DNA of 64,000 nucleotides from Eledone cirrhosa (Eukaryota): NCBI GenBank assembly GCA_964016885.1, contig OZ024740.1, positions 315,208,001 to 315,272,000 of the forward strand, read 5' to 3'. Shown piece by piece: positions 41,533 to 56,003 of this stretch (position 1 is its first letter; each line of letters starts with the position of its first letter). The notes under the pieces were generated by a model. It saw only the letters and a program-made list of their open reading frames with translations, ran no database searches and was not told where the DNA came from. The position numbers and the translations under genes were made by a program.

Positions 41533-41569
<37 letters not shown>

Positions 41570-41967
41570 TGTTACTTGAGTATGAACTCATAAGTACGAA
41601 AAAATGAGCCCTCGATATGTAAAGTACAGGCAAATATTTTAATACATGGTTAATTAGGCTTCCATTTTAATAAAATACTTAGGTTTTATGATGCTGGTAT
41701 TTCAGTTGGCCTACCATATTGCATATGTATGTTTAAAAATACTTTTCATACATAAACGTGGTTGTATTACACGGTTTTGCTTTTTGTTTTTCATTTTTTT
41801 TATGCTTGTCTTTTGAAAGAATTCCGTTAGAATGCATCCCAATTTATAGCATTAAAGTCAATTTAAGTCAATGGGAAAATAGGTTTCGCTTTACAGCAAG
41901 ATTTTCAGGAACGCAACACTTTCTTTCGTAACACGGGGGATTCCTGTTTGTATACATACTCACACAC

Positions 41968-42042
<75 letters not shown>

Positions 42043-42062
42043 TATACACATATATATATATT

Positions 42063-42102
<40 letters not shown>

Positions 42103-42207
42103 TATAATGTGTGTGTGTGTATATATATATATATATGTATATATATATGTATGTATACATATATTTATGTGTATATATATATATATGTGTGGGTGTATAT
42201 ATATATA

Positions 42208-42240
<33 letters not shown>

Positions 42241-42271
42241 GTGTATATGTATATGTGTATATATATATATT

Positions 42272-42348
<77 letters not shown>

Positions 42349-43004
42349 CCAGACATAAAGATACAAGAGAGATGGATAGTGAGATTGACAAACTGAGTTA
42401 GAAATAAGCGAGAAAGCAAGTGAGAGAGTGAACGAGAGAGGGCGGGGGGGGGAGGGAGAAAGAGTGTGAACGAGACAGAGACGAGTTGCAAACGACAAAA
42501 AGAGGGAGAAAAAAAGAGTGGGGGGGGGGGGGGGTAGTGGAAATAAAGGAAATTGGGAGGAAGTGAGAATGGGGTTTATGAAAGAATGGAGAGAATTGTG
42601 AGAGAAAAAAATAACGTCTCTGATTATATATTTTTATGTAAAAAAGAATAAAAGCATTTCTAGAATTAATTAAGCGAAAGAATGTATGAAAGTGAGGTGT
42701 TTTGTTCTGAAGAAAAAAAGAAAACTCACACATACACACGCACACGTACATACACACAAACACACACATAAACACACACACACATACACAAACACATATG
42801 TATGTATATATATATATATATATATATTTATTTATTTATTTATTTATTTATATGTATGTGTGTATGTGTGTATGTGTGTATGTGTGTGTGTGTATATCTA
42901 AATTCATACATATATTTATTTACATAGTTATATATTTATATGCATTTATATACATATATACATATGTATGTGTGTATGTATGTGTATATATATATATATA
43001 TATG

Positions 43005-43063
<59 letters not shown>

Positions 43064-43109
43064 ATGTGTATATATATATATATATACAAATGTATGTGTT
43101 TTATGTGTG

Positions 43110-43154
<45 letters not shown>

Positions 43155-43171
43155 GTATGTGTGTATGTGTG

Positions 43172-43229
<58 letters not shown>

Positions 43230-43521
43230 CATATGTATGTGTGTATATATATATATATATAAATAATATGTATGTATATATGTATAAACATTCATACATA
43301 AATGGTTATATGTATATATAGAAATTTGGAATGGTGCGTGATATTAACTAGGAAAGAGTGAGTATGTCTGTTTGTGTGCTTGATGTTAGGGGTGTGAACA
43401 TGACAGAGAGTATATGGATTTGTGAAGTTAAAAATATGGTGAGGTGGGGGTCATCACTGCGTTTGTATAATTGTATGAATACTTGTGTACAGACAATTAA
43501 ACACGAATGGAATGATGATTG

Positions 43522-43640
<119 letters not shown>

Positions 43641-43689
43641 TGAGAGAGAGAGCGGGGTTAATTTCACAACAAATTAATAAATCATAATT

Positions 43690-44420
43690 GAGAACACGCG
43701 TTTTACCCGAAGGGGTATCTATGAGCTGGCTGGCTGGATTCTGCGCGGCAGAAGTCAGTAGTTGGACGACAAGACAGGTAACTCGAGTATGACTATTGTA
43801 GGGAGATAACATTTGAAGAACGATCCCTTGTGATAATTCTATCCGGGTTAAATGTTTGGTTTTTCTGAATCCTTACAGTTACGCAATAGAAATTTCGCAG
43901 CGTGGGGGCAGCGATTAAAAAAATCGGTTTCGTGTTAAGGCAAGTACTGTTACGTAATCTATGCAAGATATTCACTCTTTCAACAATGCACAACTTACAG
44001 GACACTGCTCCATTTCAGTATAGCCAGGATTTGGTTAGAACTTTCCATTGAATGGAGAAATTCACGTCTGCATCCTTGATTGACCATACGTAGCTTGCCA
44101 GCTTCGTGGATGATCGCTTATAAGAGTGTCTAAAAGTCGATTGATGGTTAAGGAAGCGTTCTTTAAACCGGCCCTCCGACATAACTACATATGTTTTGGC
44201 TTCCTGCTGTTGATTTGGTCGAGTGGATGCAACTTCAGTCTCATAGACGACTGCGCGTGAGTTGCACTGTTGTTCAAGAGGGCATGATTCTGGCTTTCCG
44301 CAAAAGCATCCGGGTGGGGGAGAGTTCTTTCGGTTGATGGTGATGTGGGCTTTCGTATTTTTATCACAGGAATATCCGAGTTTCGCTTTGTATCTATTAA
44401 AGATTTAAGTCCTATAGGGC
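43690..44420 (-). mobile_element. PLE GIY-YIG endonuclease remnant (pseudogene) with 3' UTR
   Basis: Manual translation with frameshifts: IFNRYKAKLGYSC / GCFCGKPESCPLEQQCNSRAVVYETEV..KTYVVMSEGRFKERFLNHQSTFRH..STKLASYVWSIK..IQWKVL..Y*NGAVSCKLCIVERVNIL..CLNTK. Confidence 0.85.
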
Positions 44421-44973
44421 AGTGTTTGTCTGGGCTAGATGTGCGTCTGTATTTATGTTGTCATTCAATAAGACTCAAACGTATATGGATACATGGATGT
44501 TTTTTTATATGTATGACATTTTCCATGTATGTATAAGCGTGTATGCATTCCTGTGTCCGTTTATGGGTTACTGTGTGTTTGTATAAATATATTTGTGTTT
44601 CTGTATGCGTTTACAGGAGTAGTGTATTTATGTGTGTCACTGTCTGTAACAATCTGCAGCCGTGTGAGTGTGTATGTGTGTGTGTGCGTATTATATGTTT
44701 GTTTAATTACTGGAGTTAACCAATCAATGGGCAATGAGACGGATCGCAAAGCTCGAAGTCGATACGGTGAAAGTCATCTGGGGAAAAGTGTTACTAACTT
44801 CCATCGGATATAGTCTGATGTCTGAGCGTGTATACATAAATACAATGAGACAAATATAGATTTTTACATACCTAACTACATACATACTCACACAAAGATA
44901 TAACAATATACACAATCACATATGTACATATAGTTTGCACACGCACACAGACACACAGACAGACACACAGACA

Positions 44974-45008
<35 letters not shown>

Positions 45009-45539
45009 ACAAAGCAATGGCGATTCCTGGCACTTAAGCCAGAGCATGCAAGTTTTGTAAAAACCAAAGGATGTAATTAAAGTAGAGTACTTTTACTATG
45101 TATTCTCTTTCAAGATTGTTTACATAAAAATGAAATATATATTAAAATCTGATTTATAATTTTCATTCATATTTATATCTTGAGCATGTCCCGTGTCTTG
45201 CATTCGCGGAGGTGCAAGCAGGAATCGATCTCCCGACCTTACGATCGTGAACAAAACAACCTAACCACCAAGCTACACGTCCCCACAAAATAGATACATT
45301 TATATAAGCAAGCATACACTCGTGTACTTATGTTACATGCACATTCGGTCGTACACAAGCACCGACAAAAGATCCCTACACAACCATATATATGCAAATG
45401 CACACGCACACACACGTACTCACATATATCCGCGCAAATCTTGTACTCGTATTCAACACCCATTGAACTGTCTTAATTCAAACCCAGAAACCTTATCACT
45501 TTAATTGTAACTCCCCATGAATTCTGCGAAATATACTCC

Positions 45540-45599
45540 TTGAGAAAATAAACACTTATACATATAAATATTAGCATTTTGGGATTAGTTACATGATGA

Positions 45600-45648
<49 letters not shown>

Positions 45649-45707
45649 CATCATGTAACTAATCCCAAAACGCTAATATTTATATGTATAAGTGTTTATT
45701 TTCTCAA
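45540..45707. repeat. Near-perfect ~65-bp inverted repeat with a microsatellite loop
   Basis: ttgagaaaataaacactt..catgatgagtgtgt and its reverse complement, with one mismatch. Confidence 0.9.
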
Positions 45708-45729
45708 TATATATATATATATATATATA

Positions 45730-45912
45730 TAGGAAAAAGTATGACCCCGATGGCAGAACTCAAGCCGTTTCGACGGCTATTTCTGGACTCGTCGAAACGG
45801 CTTGAGCTCTGCCGTCGGGGTCATACTTTTTCCTATTTCCCACTCTACTACCCTAAGTATTGAGTACTCTGGTGCGTTATGGTCCATCTGGTTCCTTACC
45901 ACAATTCCTTCG

Positions 45913-45914
<2 letters not shown>
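45730..45914 (+). mobile_element. Fold-back family F copy
   Basis: Arms 45730-45775 and 45790-45834, then the family tail. In (TA)n. Confidence 0.85.
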
Positions 45915-45975
<61 letters not shown>

Positions 45976-46347
45976 AAGTATAAGAAAATTGATGGATCTA
46001 GATGTTATGTAACTACAGTTCATCGTTCGTTGAACGACCAGTTCTGTGGTATATACATAGTAGGTTGAACGATTGAGTGTAATCCACAGGCTTACTGTTC
46101 CACTGTCTAAATCGTCTGAATAGATACAATGTGTAGATGTTAACTTGATAGATACAGTTTATCTGTTGAGTGATATCTTCATATACGTATAATCATTGGA
46201 CACGTGTTGACTTTTTTCTATATTGGTTTAATCTTCTTCCTAGTATTATTTTTCAAACTTTTCTAATTTGATTCGTATTTTGGTAATTTTCCACAATGGA
46301 TTAATATATTAAATGTGTAATTTTTTCCCCTTTCTTTATTTTTTCAG

Positions 46348-46546
46348 GTTTCGCAATTGCTTGAAGAAAGTTTCCAGCAATTCTTCTATAACCCACCTCA
46401 TTGGACGCATCTACTTTGATTTCCTTGGCTCTCGGTGTTTTGTTTTCACTAAAGAAAAATACTGCGTTGAGCGATCCTGGTGGGGCAAATGTCGCACATA
46501 CGGCACCCAACTAACAGCTAAAATCAAGTTACAAGAGTGTTATTAA
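46348..46546 (+). CDS. Terminal exon of a group III secretory phospholipase A2-like gene
   Basis: Strong acceptor ttttttcccctttctttattttttcAG. The peptide FRNCLKKVSSNSSITHLIGRIYFDFLGSRCFVFTKEKYCVERSWWGKCRTY..Y* fits the C-terminal half of bee-venom-type PLA2 (FxxCLK..VGxxYF..xxCF..C...WWGxC). Upstream catalytic exons were not found. Confidence 0.8.
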
Positions 46547-47549
46547 GGTAGCACATATACCCCTGTTATTGTCTGCTGTACACCAACCTACCATCAGTTT
46601 ATATACCTCTTCTACATCAACAACTCCATTTCATTCATTTTCTAATAGAAACTTAAAAGAGAAACACAACACCTACAAGATGGCCGAGAGATATGTTTGT
46701 AAATAATTTGGACTATTAAGGTTGGTTTATGTAATGGAGGCAATATCACGGGAAATGTGGAAGTACAGAAGACAGAATAAGAGAACAAGAACAAACACAC
46801 AAAAAATGAATCACTGCTTTTGTCCATTATTTTCACCTCGGTTTCGCCATTTTTTTATTTTTTCAGCTATGACACTGGAGTTAAAAACTACAGCAGTCTG
46901 TTCGTCTTTCGACATTTCAATGTTATTTATTCTCACCACCCCAAAATTACTAACAGAAATACTAACAAAATGTTTGATTTCTGATTTTCAATTATTTTCC
47001 CCTCTCTTGAGGGAATGATATATCGAGACATGAGTCTAAAAAGAAAAGAAAAGTAGAAATGAAAGGATAAAAAATATATAAAATTAGAATATATAAAACA
47101 AAACAGTTTTCCTCCAAACATCATTGAATTGGAATATATTGTGTGACATTGGAGAATCATCCTTGAAAAGAAAAATGTATGTGAACTATTTCAATGTAAC
47201 ATATTAAATCTGGTGGTATTTAGTTGTGGAAACAAGAATATGTTGAGAGTGATGACATCCGAAAATAATATCACTCTAGAATGATAACAACAATAAGCCA
47301 AGTCTATTACGATCTTTCTATTTTTATGACAGCCATTGTCAGTTTGGAATATTTGAACAAATATACAAAGAAAATTTATTTTCCCAACCAATTTGTTTTC
47401 CGATGAGGAATTAGCAAAACATCCCGGACATGGTGTGACATAATTATATATTATATAATGACATATATCTAAACATATATGTGTGAATGCATGTGGCTAT
47501 GTATGTGTGTATCTATGTATGTATGTAAGTATACACACACACCTATATG

Positions 47550-47582
<33 letters not shown>

Positions 47583-47611
47583 AAATAAATATATATATAT
47601 ACACACACACT

Positions 47612-47660
47612 CAGTCCGACGGCTGAGCTCTTGCTGTTTTGACAACAGTCTTCAGACTCT
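47612..47660 (-). ncRNA. Degenerate hammerhead related to family F
   Basis: AGT-CTGAAGA-CTGTTGTC-AAAA-CAGC-AAGAGCTCA-GCCG-TC-GGACT. Confidence 0.5.
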
Positions 47661-47710
47661 ACTATTACAATTATCGAGTACTCTGCTGAATAATGGTCTT
47701 ACTATATATA

Positions 47711-47793
<83 letters not shown>

Positions 47794-49527
47794 TGAGGAT
47801 TATACCATGCATGCAATATATTGTTTATTAAGGCCAAGCTAGAGTTTTGTTACTCTGGACTGAAGAAACTCCAAAGTAACAAGACTGAAGCTTGCCCTTA
47901 ATAAAGAATGTATTAATCTCTAATACACACATACACACACACATGCACACACACACACACACATGGACATACACACACTCTCACATATAAACAAGTGTTT
48001 ATATATATATATATATTTACCACACACGCATTCATACACACACATATATATATACATATGCATGTGTGTGAATATTGATTTCAACGTTAGAGCAAGATCA
48101 TACGTTTTGGTGAGAGCAAAGATTTGATTATTTCATTCTCAGTACTCCACTGGTACTTATTTTAGTACATATTAAATAGTGTATACCGACTTTACTGTTC
48201 CCGTCATTTACTCCACACCTTCTCTCGTGAAAGTCACAAACGTTATATATTATTCTTGCACCACTGTCTTATTTTATGTTTTTAAACCCTAATAATAAAA
48301 AAAATTAAATGACACACAACGTAATGCTAAGTCCCTGGTGAATGTAGTTTATAACTTGGTTGTGGCCACAATACTGTATTTATGTTGTCAAAGCCTTTCA
48401 CAAGAACATTGACTTCTCTGCGTCATATTTCTTGTACTCTTAAAAACGGAAGACTATTATTGCTAGTCAAATTAAACCCAGTGTTTGTCAAGGTGGATAT
48501 TTGGCACAGGTATAACACCATTTAATCGTAAGATATTCTTTTTTTTTTTCTGGACGTCCCGTTGAGATACCCTGAGACTCTGTCTAAGTTTCTGTAGTAA
48601 CCTGCCGTATCAATAGCTTGTATGTTCTGTAGTAACATGCCGTGTCAATAGACTGTAAGATATGTAATTACATGAAAATAACGTCCTCGGTAGTGTTCCA
48701 AACATACAGCGGAGTGCCAGAAGGCGCGGTTGCGACTAGTGTAAGTAGTAATAATTTTAGTGGGGGTAACTTATGTGATAATAGTACTGTTAGTATCTAT
48801 GATACTTTTTCCTTAACATCAAACAAAAGTAAAGTTACTAAGTTGTCTTTGATCTATGTTGACCATATCGTTAACGTAATTGAGAAAGGCATATAAGTCA
48901 GAAAATTTCAGTTGACCGTTTATTATAAGTCAATATAATAAATATCATTTTACTAGATAGAGTTCGGGAGGTAATTCTCCAAGAAGAAATCCAATTTCTT
49001 TCCCAAATTGAAGCCATTTCACTTCCCTGGATAACGTTTTATTCACTACAACATCTCATTCCCTTCATTTCTATATAAAGCAATATTTGACTGGTAGTAG
49101 GGCAAAAAGGCTATTGGAGTTGGTGGAAGCAGGCTGAAATCTTTCACAGTCACCAGTTTAGTTCCTGGGTATTCTGAGAATGAATCCTGATTTTAGCTTC
49201 CATAGCTCATTAGTCTATATTATGATTAATATACCAGTAATATATTGGTAGAACCAAAGGACGACGTTGTCATATATATATATGTATAATTATATACTGC
49301 TAATTGCGACAGTAGGAAAAATAATTTCATTCACTCACACATTCAACGGGGAAGAGATCTATTCCTACCCATCCCTGATTAAAACAATAGGAATAGCTGT
49401 TAAACACTGAACTAGAAAGCATCTTGTAATCTATGATAAAGAAAATTAGCAAGTAACCATCAATTCTCTTGATAAATGCATGAACATCTCATAATCTTAT
49501 TCCATTACCACCACATCGTTAAGTTCT

Positions 49528-49561
<34 letters not shown>

Positions 49562-49918
49562 GGGCTACGTATGAAAGAAAGAAAGAAAGAAAGAAGGGAA
49601 TATACACATATAAAGTTGGAAATGTCGGTTTGTCTGGCACTGGAAATAATGTAACAATGCTATCGGGTTGTAATGCTATGAAATTCATGACGTGAGAGAC
49701 GATAGATGGAACAGATATAATAGGTTAGCCGTATATATATATATATATATATATATATAGGTCTTGCAGGCTGATAGCTGCACTCTACTTAACAGGATCT
49801 GATAAAATAATTGAAGAAATTGCTTAGTAATGTTACATACACATCATATGAAAACTACCCAAAACAAACAGACAGTTGTAATATACATAATTAGACATAT
49901 GTATGTATGGATAGATGG

Positions 49919-49975
<57 letters not shown>

Positions 49976-50012
49976 ATATACATACATATAGGTATATATA
50001 TATAGATATAGG

Positions 50013-50060
<48 letters not shown>

Positions 50061-50077
50061 ATATACATACATATAGG

Positions 50078-50110
<33 letters not shown>

Positions 50111-50242
50111 GTAATATACATACATATAGGTATATGTATATATATATATATATATATGCAATATACATACATATAGGTATATATATATATATATATGTAA
50201 TATACATACATATAGGTATATATATATAGATATAGATATAGG

Positions 50243-50274
<32 letters not shown>

Positions 50275-50469
50275 GCACACACATATATATAAATATCTGT
50301 TATACTATTTTACATATATTGTCTTGTGACGTGATATTTTGATATCCCGAACTTTCAGCATGTGTAAAAATTAATTTTAGATTTCCCCGCCAGGTGATAA
50401 ATAATTTCGTATGAGGCGCCACTCCACTGGAGGTTTCATAAATGGTATGTGTGTGTGTGAGAGAGTAAA

Positions 50470-50643
50470 GGGGTGTATGTATGTGCGTTAATGTATATAT
50501 ATATATATGTATATGTATGTATGTATATGTATGTATGTATAAGTATGTATGTATATATATATATATGTGTGTATGTATATATGTATGTATATATATATAT
50601 ATATTGTATGTATATATGTATATATATATATATATTGTATGTA

Positions 50644-50686
<43 letters not shown>

Positions 50687-50865
50687 ATATGTATATATGT
50701 ATATATATATATATATGTATATATGTATATATGTATATATATATATATATGTATGTATATATATATATATGTATATATGTATATATATATATATATGTAT
50801 ATATGTATATATATATATATATGTATGTATGTATGTATATATATATATATATGTATGTATGTATG

Positions 50866-50896
<31 letters not shown>

Positions 50897-50909
50897 ATAT
50901 GTATATATG

Positions 50910-50944
<35 letters not shown>

Positions 50945-51298
50945 GTATGTATATATGTATATATGTATATATATATATATATGTATGTATATATATATAT
51001 ATGTATGTATATATATATATATATATGTATGTATATATGTATATATATATATATATATGTATGTATATATGTACATATGTATATATATATGTATATGTAC
51101 ATATGTATATATATATGTATATATGTATATGTACATATGTATATATGTATATGTACATATGTATATATATATGTATATGTATATATATATGTATATATGT
51201 ATATGTACATATGTATATATATATGTATGTATATATGTATGTATATATGTATATATATATGTATGTATATATGTATATATATATGTATGTATATATGT

Positions 51299-51329
<31 letters not shown>

Positions 51330-51610
51330 TATATATGTATATATATATGTATATATATATGTATGTATATATATATGTATATATATATGTATGTATATAT
51401 GTATGTATATATATATATATATATGTATGTATATATGTATATATATATGTATGTATATATGTATATATATATGTATGTATATATGTATATATATATGTAT
51501 GTATATATATGTATATATATGTATGTATATATATGTATATATATATATGTATATATATGTATATATATATGTATATATATATGTATGTATATATGTATAT
51601 ATATATGTAT
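50470..51610. repeat. (TA)n/(TATG)n mosaic microsatellite
   Basis: Directly visible. Confidence 0.95.
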
Positions 51611-54600
51611 ACTCTTTTACTCTTTTACTCTTTTACCTGTTTCAGCCATCCGGCTGAGGCCATGCTGGGGCACCGCCCTTGTTGCTACACATTTTATCTC
51701 CAGCCTGTATAGGTTGGCCACTGGTGTAGGAGGGAGTTTGTTGCTGCTGCCCTTAGGTTTCCCTCGTGTCTTGCTGTGGGCTCATCCGGGATCCTGGATA
51801 ACAAGGTGTCGAGATGTTTCTTAAAGACATCCACCTCCACGTCATGCAAGTCTCGCAGATGCCTCGGCAGCCTGTTGAAGAGTTGAGGGCCCTTGAATCC
51901 CAGGCTATTGCAATACCTGCTCCTTATTCTAGATGTGGAAGACGGGACCTTTGGCACCACACAGTGACGTCCTGTTCGACGGTTGGTCCAGCTCCCAATG
52001 CCAAAGTTTGGTGCTAGTCCCTCCAGGATTTTCCACATGTAGATCACTGCGTATCTCTCCCGTCTTCGCTCCAAGGAGTAGAGGTTCAGTTCCTTCAGCC
52101 TCTCCCAGTAGCTTGTCTCCCTCATCTTGGCAATCCTCTTGGTGTAGCTTCGCTGGATTGCCTCAAGCTCTGTGGTTAGTTTGACACTATGGGGTGACCA
52201 CAGCTGGGAGCAGTAGTCCAGGCGGCTTAGGACAAAAGTCCTCCACAGTGTCAACATGGTGTCTCGATCTCTTGTAAGGAAAGTCCTCAAGATCCAGCCA
52301 GCGAATCGTCTACATGCTGTCGCCACCTTCATGATGTGTGAAGAAAAAGATGCATCATCGCTCATGTCTATGCCCAGGTCTCGTATCGATTTTGACACGG
52401 GGATATCGGTCCCTCCTGGTCCTGTGTAGCTGTGTTCCGCTATATTTGTGTTTGTGTTTGCAGGTTTGTATTGTAGGCTTGGAATTTGCCAGCATTAAAC
52501 TGCATGTTGTTTTCTTCCGCCCATCTGTATATGGCATCCAGATCCTGCTGTAAGAGGGCAGCGTCAGCCGGGTTTTTGATTGCCTGTGCTACCTTAGTGT
52601 CATCAGCATAGCTAGTGAGGGATGTTGTTGCATGCACCACAGAGGGCATGTCCGAGAGAGCCACCAAAAACAGTAGTGGTCCCAGGACTGTCCCCTGAGG
52701 CACCCCACTTGTTATCGGTGTTTCCCTCGAGAGGGCCCCATTTGCTGCGACTGCCTGGCTTCTGTCCCTCAGGAAGCCATGCAGCCACTCACCTACTTTT
52801 CCAGTTATGCCGAGTCCGTGTAGTTTGTGACATATCATTCCGTGGTCGACCTTGTCAAAGGCCTTCGCAAAGTCAAGATATATCACGTCTACATGTGAGC
52901 TGTCTAGTAGCTGTCTCAGTACCCAGTCGTAGTGATGTAGCAGCTGTGTAAGGCAGCTTCTTCCTGGGCGGAAGCCATGTTGCGTGCTAGTCAGGCGGTC
53001 ATTTTCTTCGAGGAAAGTGATTAGTTTCTTTCTGACGACTCGCTCCATGACCTTACTGATATGCGACGTCAGGGAGACTGGCCTATAGTTCTTGGCCTCC
53101 GCTCTACTACCTCCTTTATGGATAGGGCATATTGTGCCTTCTTTCAGCTCCCTGGGTAGTACACCGCTAGCCAAGGAGCTTCTGAAGAGCATCTTCAGTG
53201 GAGTTGCTAAGGCCCGCTTACATATTTTTAGGAGAACTGCTGGGAATCCATCAGGTCCAGCAGCCGAGTCTGTTCTAATTTCATCAATGGCGTACACCAC
53301 ATCCTCCTCCGTTATGTCTATGTGGTTGATGGTTGCCATTTCTTGATGTAGTGTTGTGGCATCAAAGAACTCCTCTGGCTTCGTTATTTGCATGTGCCTC
53401 AGTGGACATGTGAAGACACTTTTGTACTGTTCGTTCAGTATTTCACATATCTCTTGGGGATTTTCGGTTAATGAACCGTCCGTGTGGAAGAGTGGTCCAA
53501 TCTTGCAGTGTACTGAGGCAGTTTCTTTTGCAAATTTAAAGAAGGCCTTAGGGTTTGTTTTAATGTTTTCTATGGCCCTGTTCTCTTTCCTTGCCCTCTC
53601 ATTCTCATGTGAAAGCTTGAGTGCAATCTCGGTGTCAAGTAGTGCACGTTTCAAATAGGATTCCTTCTTGTTTTGGTTTTGTTGACTATTCAACTGGTTT
53701 GAGAGTTTAGTTCTACGTCTCATAAGGATTTTCCTATCTCTGGGAATAAGATTTTTGTGTCTGTTTGCCTCTTTCTCCGGGACACACTTTTTGCATATGG
53801 TGTGTATCGTTGTCATGAAGTGTTGAAATTGTGTGTTAGTGTCTTGTGTGGCGATGTTTGCACTCCATGTTTGCTTCCGGATTTCACTCTTAATCTTCTT
53901 CCAGTCAGCCCCGTAGAAGTTAAGGCTGGATAGCGTCCCGGAGCTTCTTGGTGGTTTTGTCTCTGTTGGTTCTCTTGGACCACATATCATTAGCTCTACC
54001 AAGTTATGATCCGAGAGAATTGTTGGTGTCACCTTTACATTGTGGATGAGCACTTCGTTGTTTGTAAAACAGAGGTCCAGGACATTTTCGCCTCTTGTTG
54101 GGAGGAGTATTGCTTGCTCCATGAACAGCCTGTGTGTGAGGGCCAGCAGGGATTCCGTCTGTCTCTGTTCTATTGACGTCATTCCAGGGAGGAGGTGGCC
54201 CTCAGGCCATTTGACCTTTGGTAGGTTGAAGTCTCCCAGCAGTAGGATGTTGAGACCCTGGTCCAGTTTGTCAAGGACCTCTTCTATCCTACTTAGGCTA
54301 TCCTCAAATTTACCCTCATGACTGGGGCATCGGGCGGCCGATATGTGACACATATTACCGTCTGTAGTTGCTTCATATGTATTATCAGTGTGTCACAGAC
54401 TGAGTTTGAATGTGTCAGCAGAACAATTGGTGTGACATCTTCACGGATATACAGAGCAACCCCACCATGAGTTCTCTCCTTCCTGTCCGAACGAAATACA
54501 GTATATTTCGGTATATGTATTTCTGCATCTGCTATACTGCTTGTCAGGTGCGTTTCGGTTAGTGCCATGCATAGTGCTTGATTGCTTATGGCTAAGTCTC

Positions 54601-54922
54601 CCAGGTAGGAAATTTTACTCATGTTGCTGAGTTTCACCAGGCCCCTGACATTCAGCAGCAGCACTGGTGTGACTTTTGGGGTGCCAGTAATGGCTGTCGG
54701 TATGACACCTGGTCTGGTGTCAGCGGCGGCCACTCTTGGTCCCTTAACTGCGGTGGTCTCGAGTGCTGGTGTGGATGACCCTGGCTCTGGAGACGATGCA
54801 GCCAGGTCAGCTGTCCCACAATCTTCTCTGCCATCACTAAAAAATTTTTCTGATCTGCTGCTGCCATCTGTATCTCGTCGGCATGTGCGTGCCTTCTCCT
54901 TGTTGGTGCAGCACGCGCGACA
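51610..54922 (-). mobile_element. CR1-like LINE, near-complete ORF2 (APE + RT) with two frameshifts
   Basis: LLNVRGL, LTETHL, GGVALY, YRPP, LGDFN, LDLCF, SDH; AAGPDG, YRPVSLTS, QHGFR, YLDFAKAFD, GVPQGTVLGP, YADD, YWERLKEL..SLERRRER. Frameshifts near 54320 and 52460. 3' tail (GTAAAAGA)n. Confidence 0.95.
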
Positions 54923-54931
54923 TCTATATGT

Positions 54932-54962
<31 letters not shown>

Positions 54963-54994
54963 TGTATATATATATGTATGTATATATATATATG

Positions 54995-55032
<38 letters not shown>

Positions 55033-55399
55033 TGTATGTGTATATGTATATATATATACATATAAATATATATAAATATATATGTATATATATATATAAT
55101 GTATATATGTATGTGTATATGTATATATATATACATATAAATATATATAAATATATATGTATATATATATATAATGTATATATGTATGTGTATATGTATA
55201 TATATATACATATAAATATATATAAATATATATGTATATATATATATAATATATATATGTATGTGTATATGTATATATATATACATATAAATATATATAA
55301 ATATATATGTATATATATATATTATATACATATATATGTATGTGTATATGTATATATATATATATATATACATATAAATATATATATATATATATATAT

Positions 55400-55603
55400 A
55401 GGAAAAAGTATGACCCCGACGCCAGAGCTCAAGCCGTTTCGACGGCTATTTCTGGACTAAATTTAGTACAGAAATAGCCGTCGAAACGGCTTGAGCTCTG
55501 CCGTCGGGGTCATACTTTTTCCTATTTCCGACTCTACTACCCTAAGCATTGAGTACTCGGGTGCGTTATGGTCCATCTGGTTCCTTACCACAATTCCTTT
55601 GTT
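55400..55603 (+). mobile_element. Fold-back family F copy
   Basis: Palindrome 55400-55523 centred at 55461/2, then the family tail. In (TA)n. Confidence 0.85.
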
Positions 55604-55671
55604 ATATATATATATATACATATATATAAAACGCTCGTTATCAGTAACCACATAGCCTCGTGTCTCTCAAT

Positions 55672-55798
<127 letters not shown>

Positions 55799-55823
55799 CA
55801 ATAATACACACGTGTGTATATGT

Positions 55824-56003
55824 ATGGCAGTATCGGTAGAGGGTCGGAAGCCATGCTTTGACGCACAGCGTTACGGCCCTTGCCATTCTGAGTTCAAATC
55901 CCGCCGAGGTTAACTTTGCCTTTCATCCTTACGGGGTCGATAAAATAAAGTACCAGTAATGTACTGGGATAATTGCTGGCCTTGTGCCCATAGTAGAAAC
56001 AAT
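55824..56003 (+). mobile_element. SINE family C
   Basis: Near full length. Confidence 0.9.

Noticed and set aside
44008-44020. In-frame TGA in the PLE endonuclease as selenocysteine
   Set aside because: It is not at a conserved Cys, the element is otherwise frameshifted, and CGA>TGA decay is the simpler explanation.
44185-44367. 60-aa ORF as a host exon
   Set aside because: It is an alternative frame of the PLE GIY-YIG remnant.
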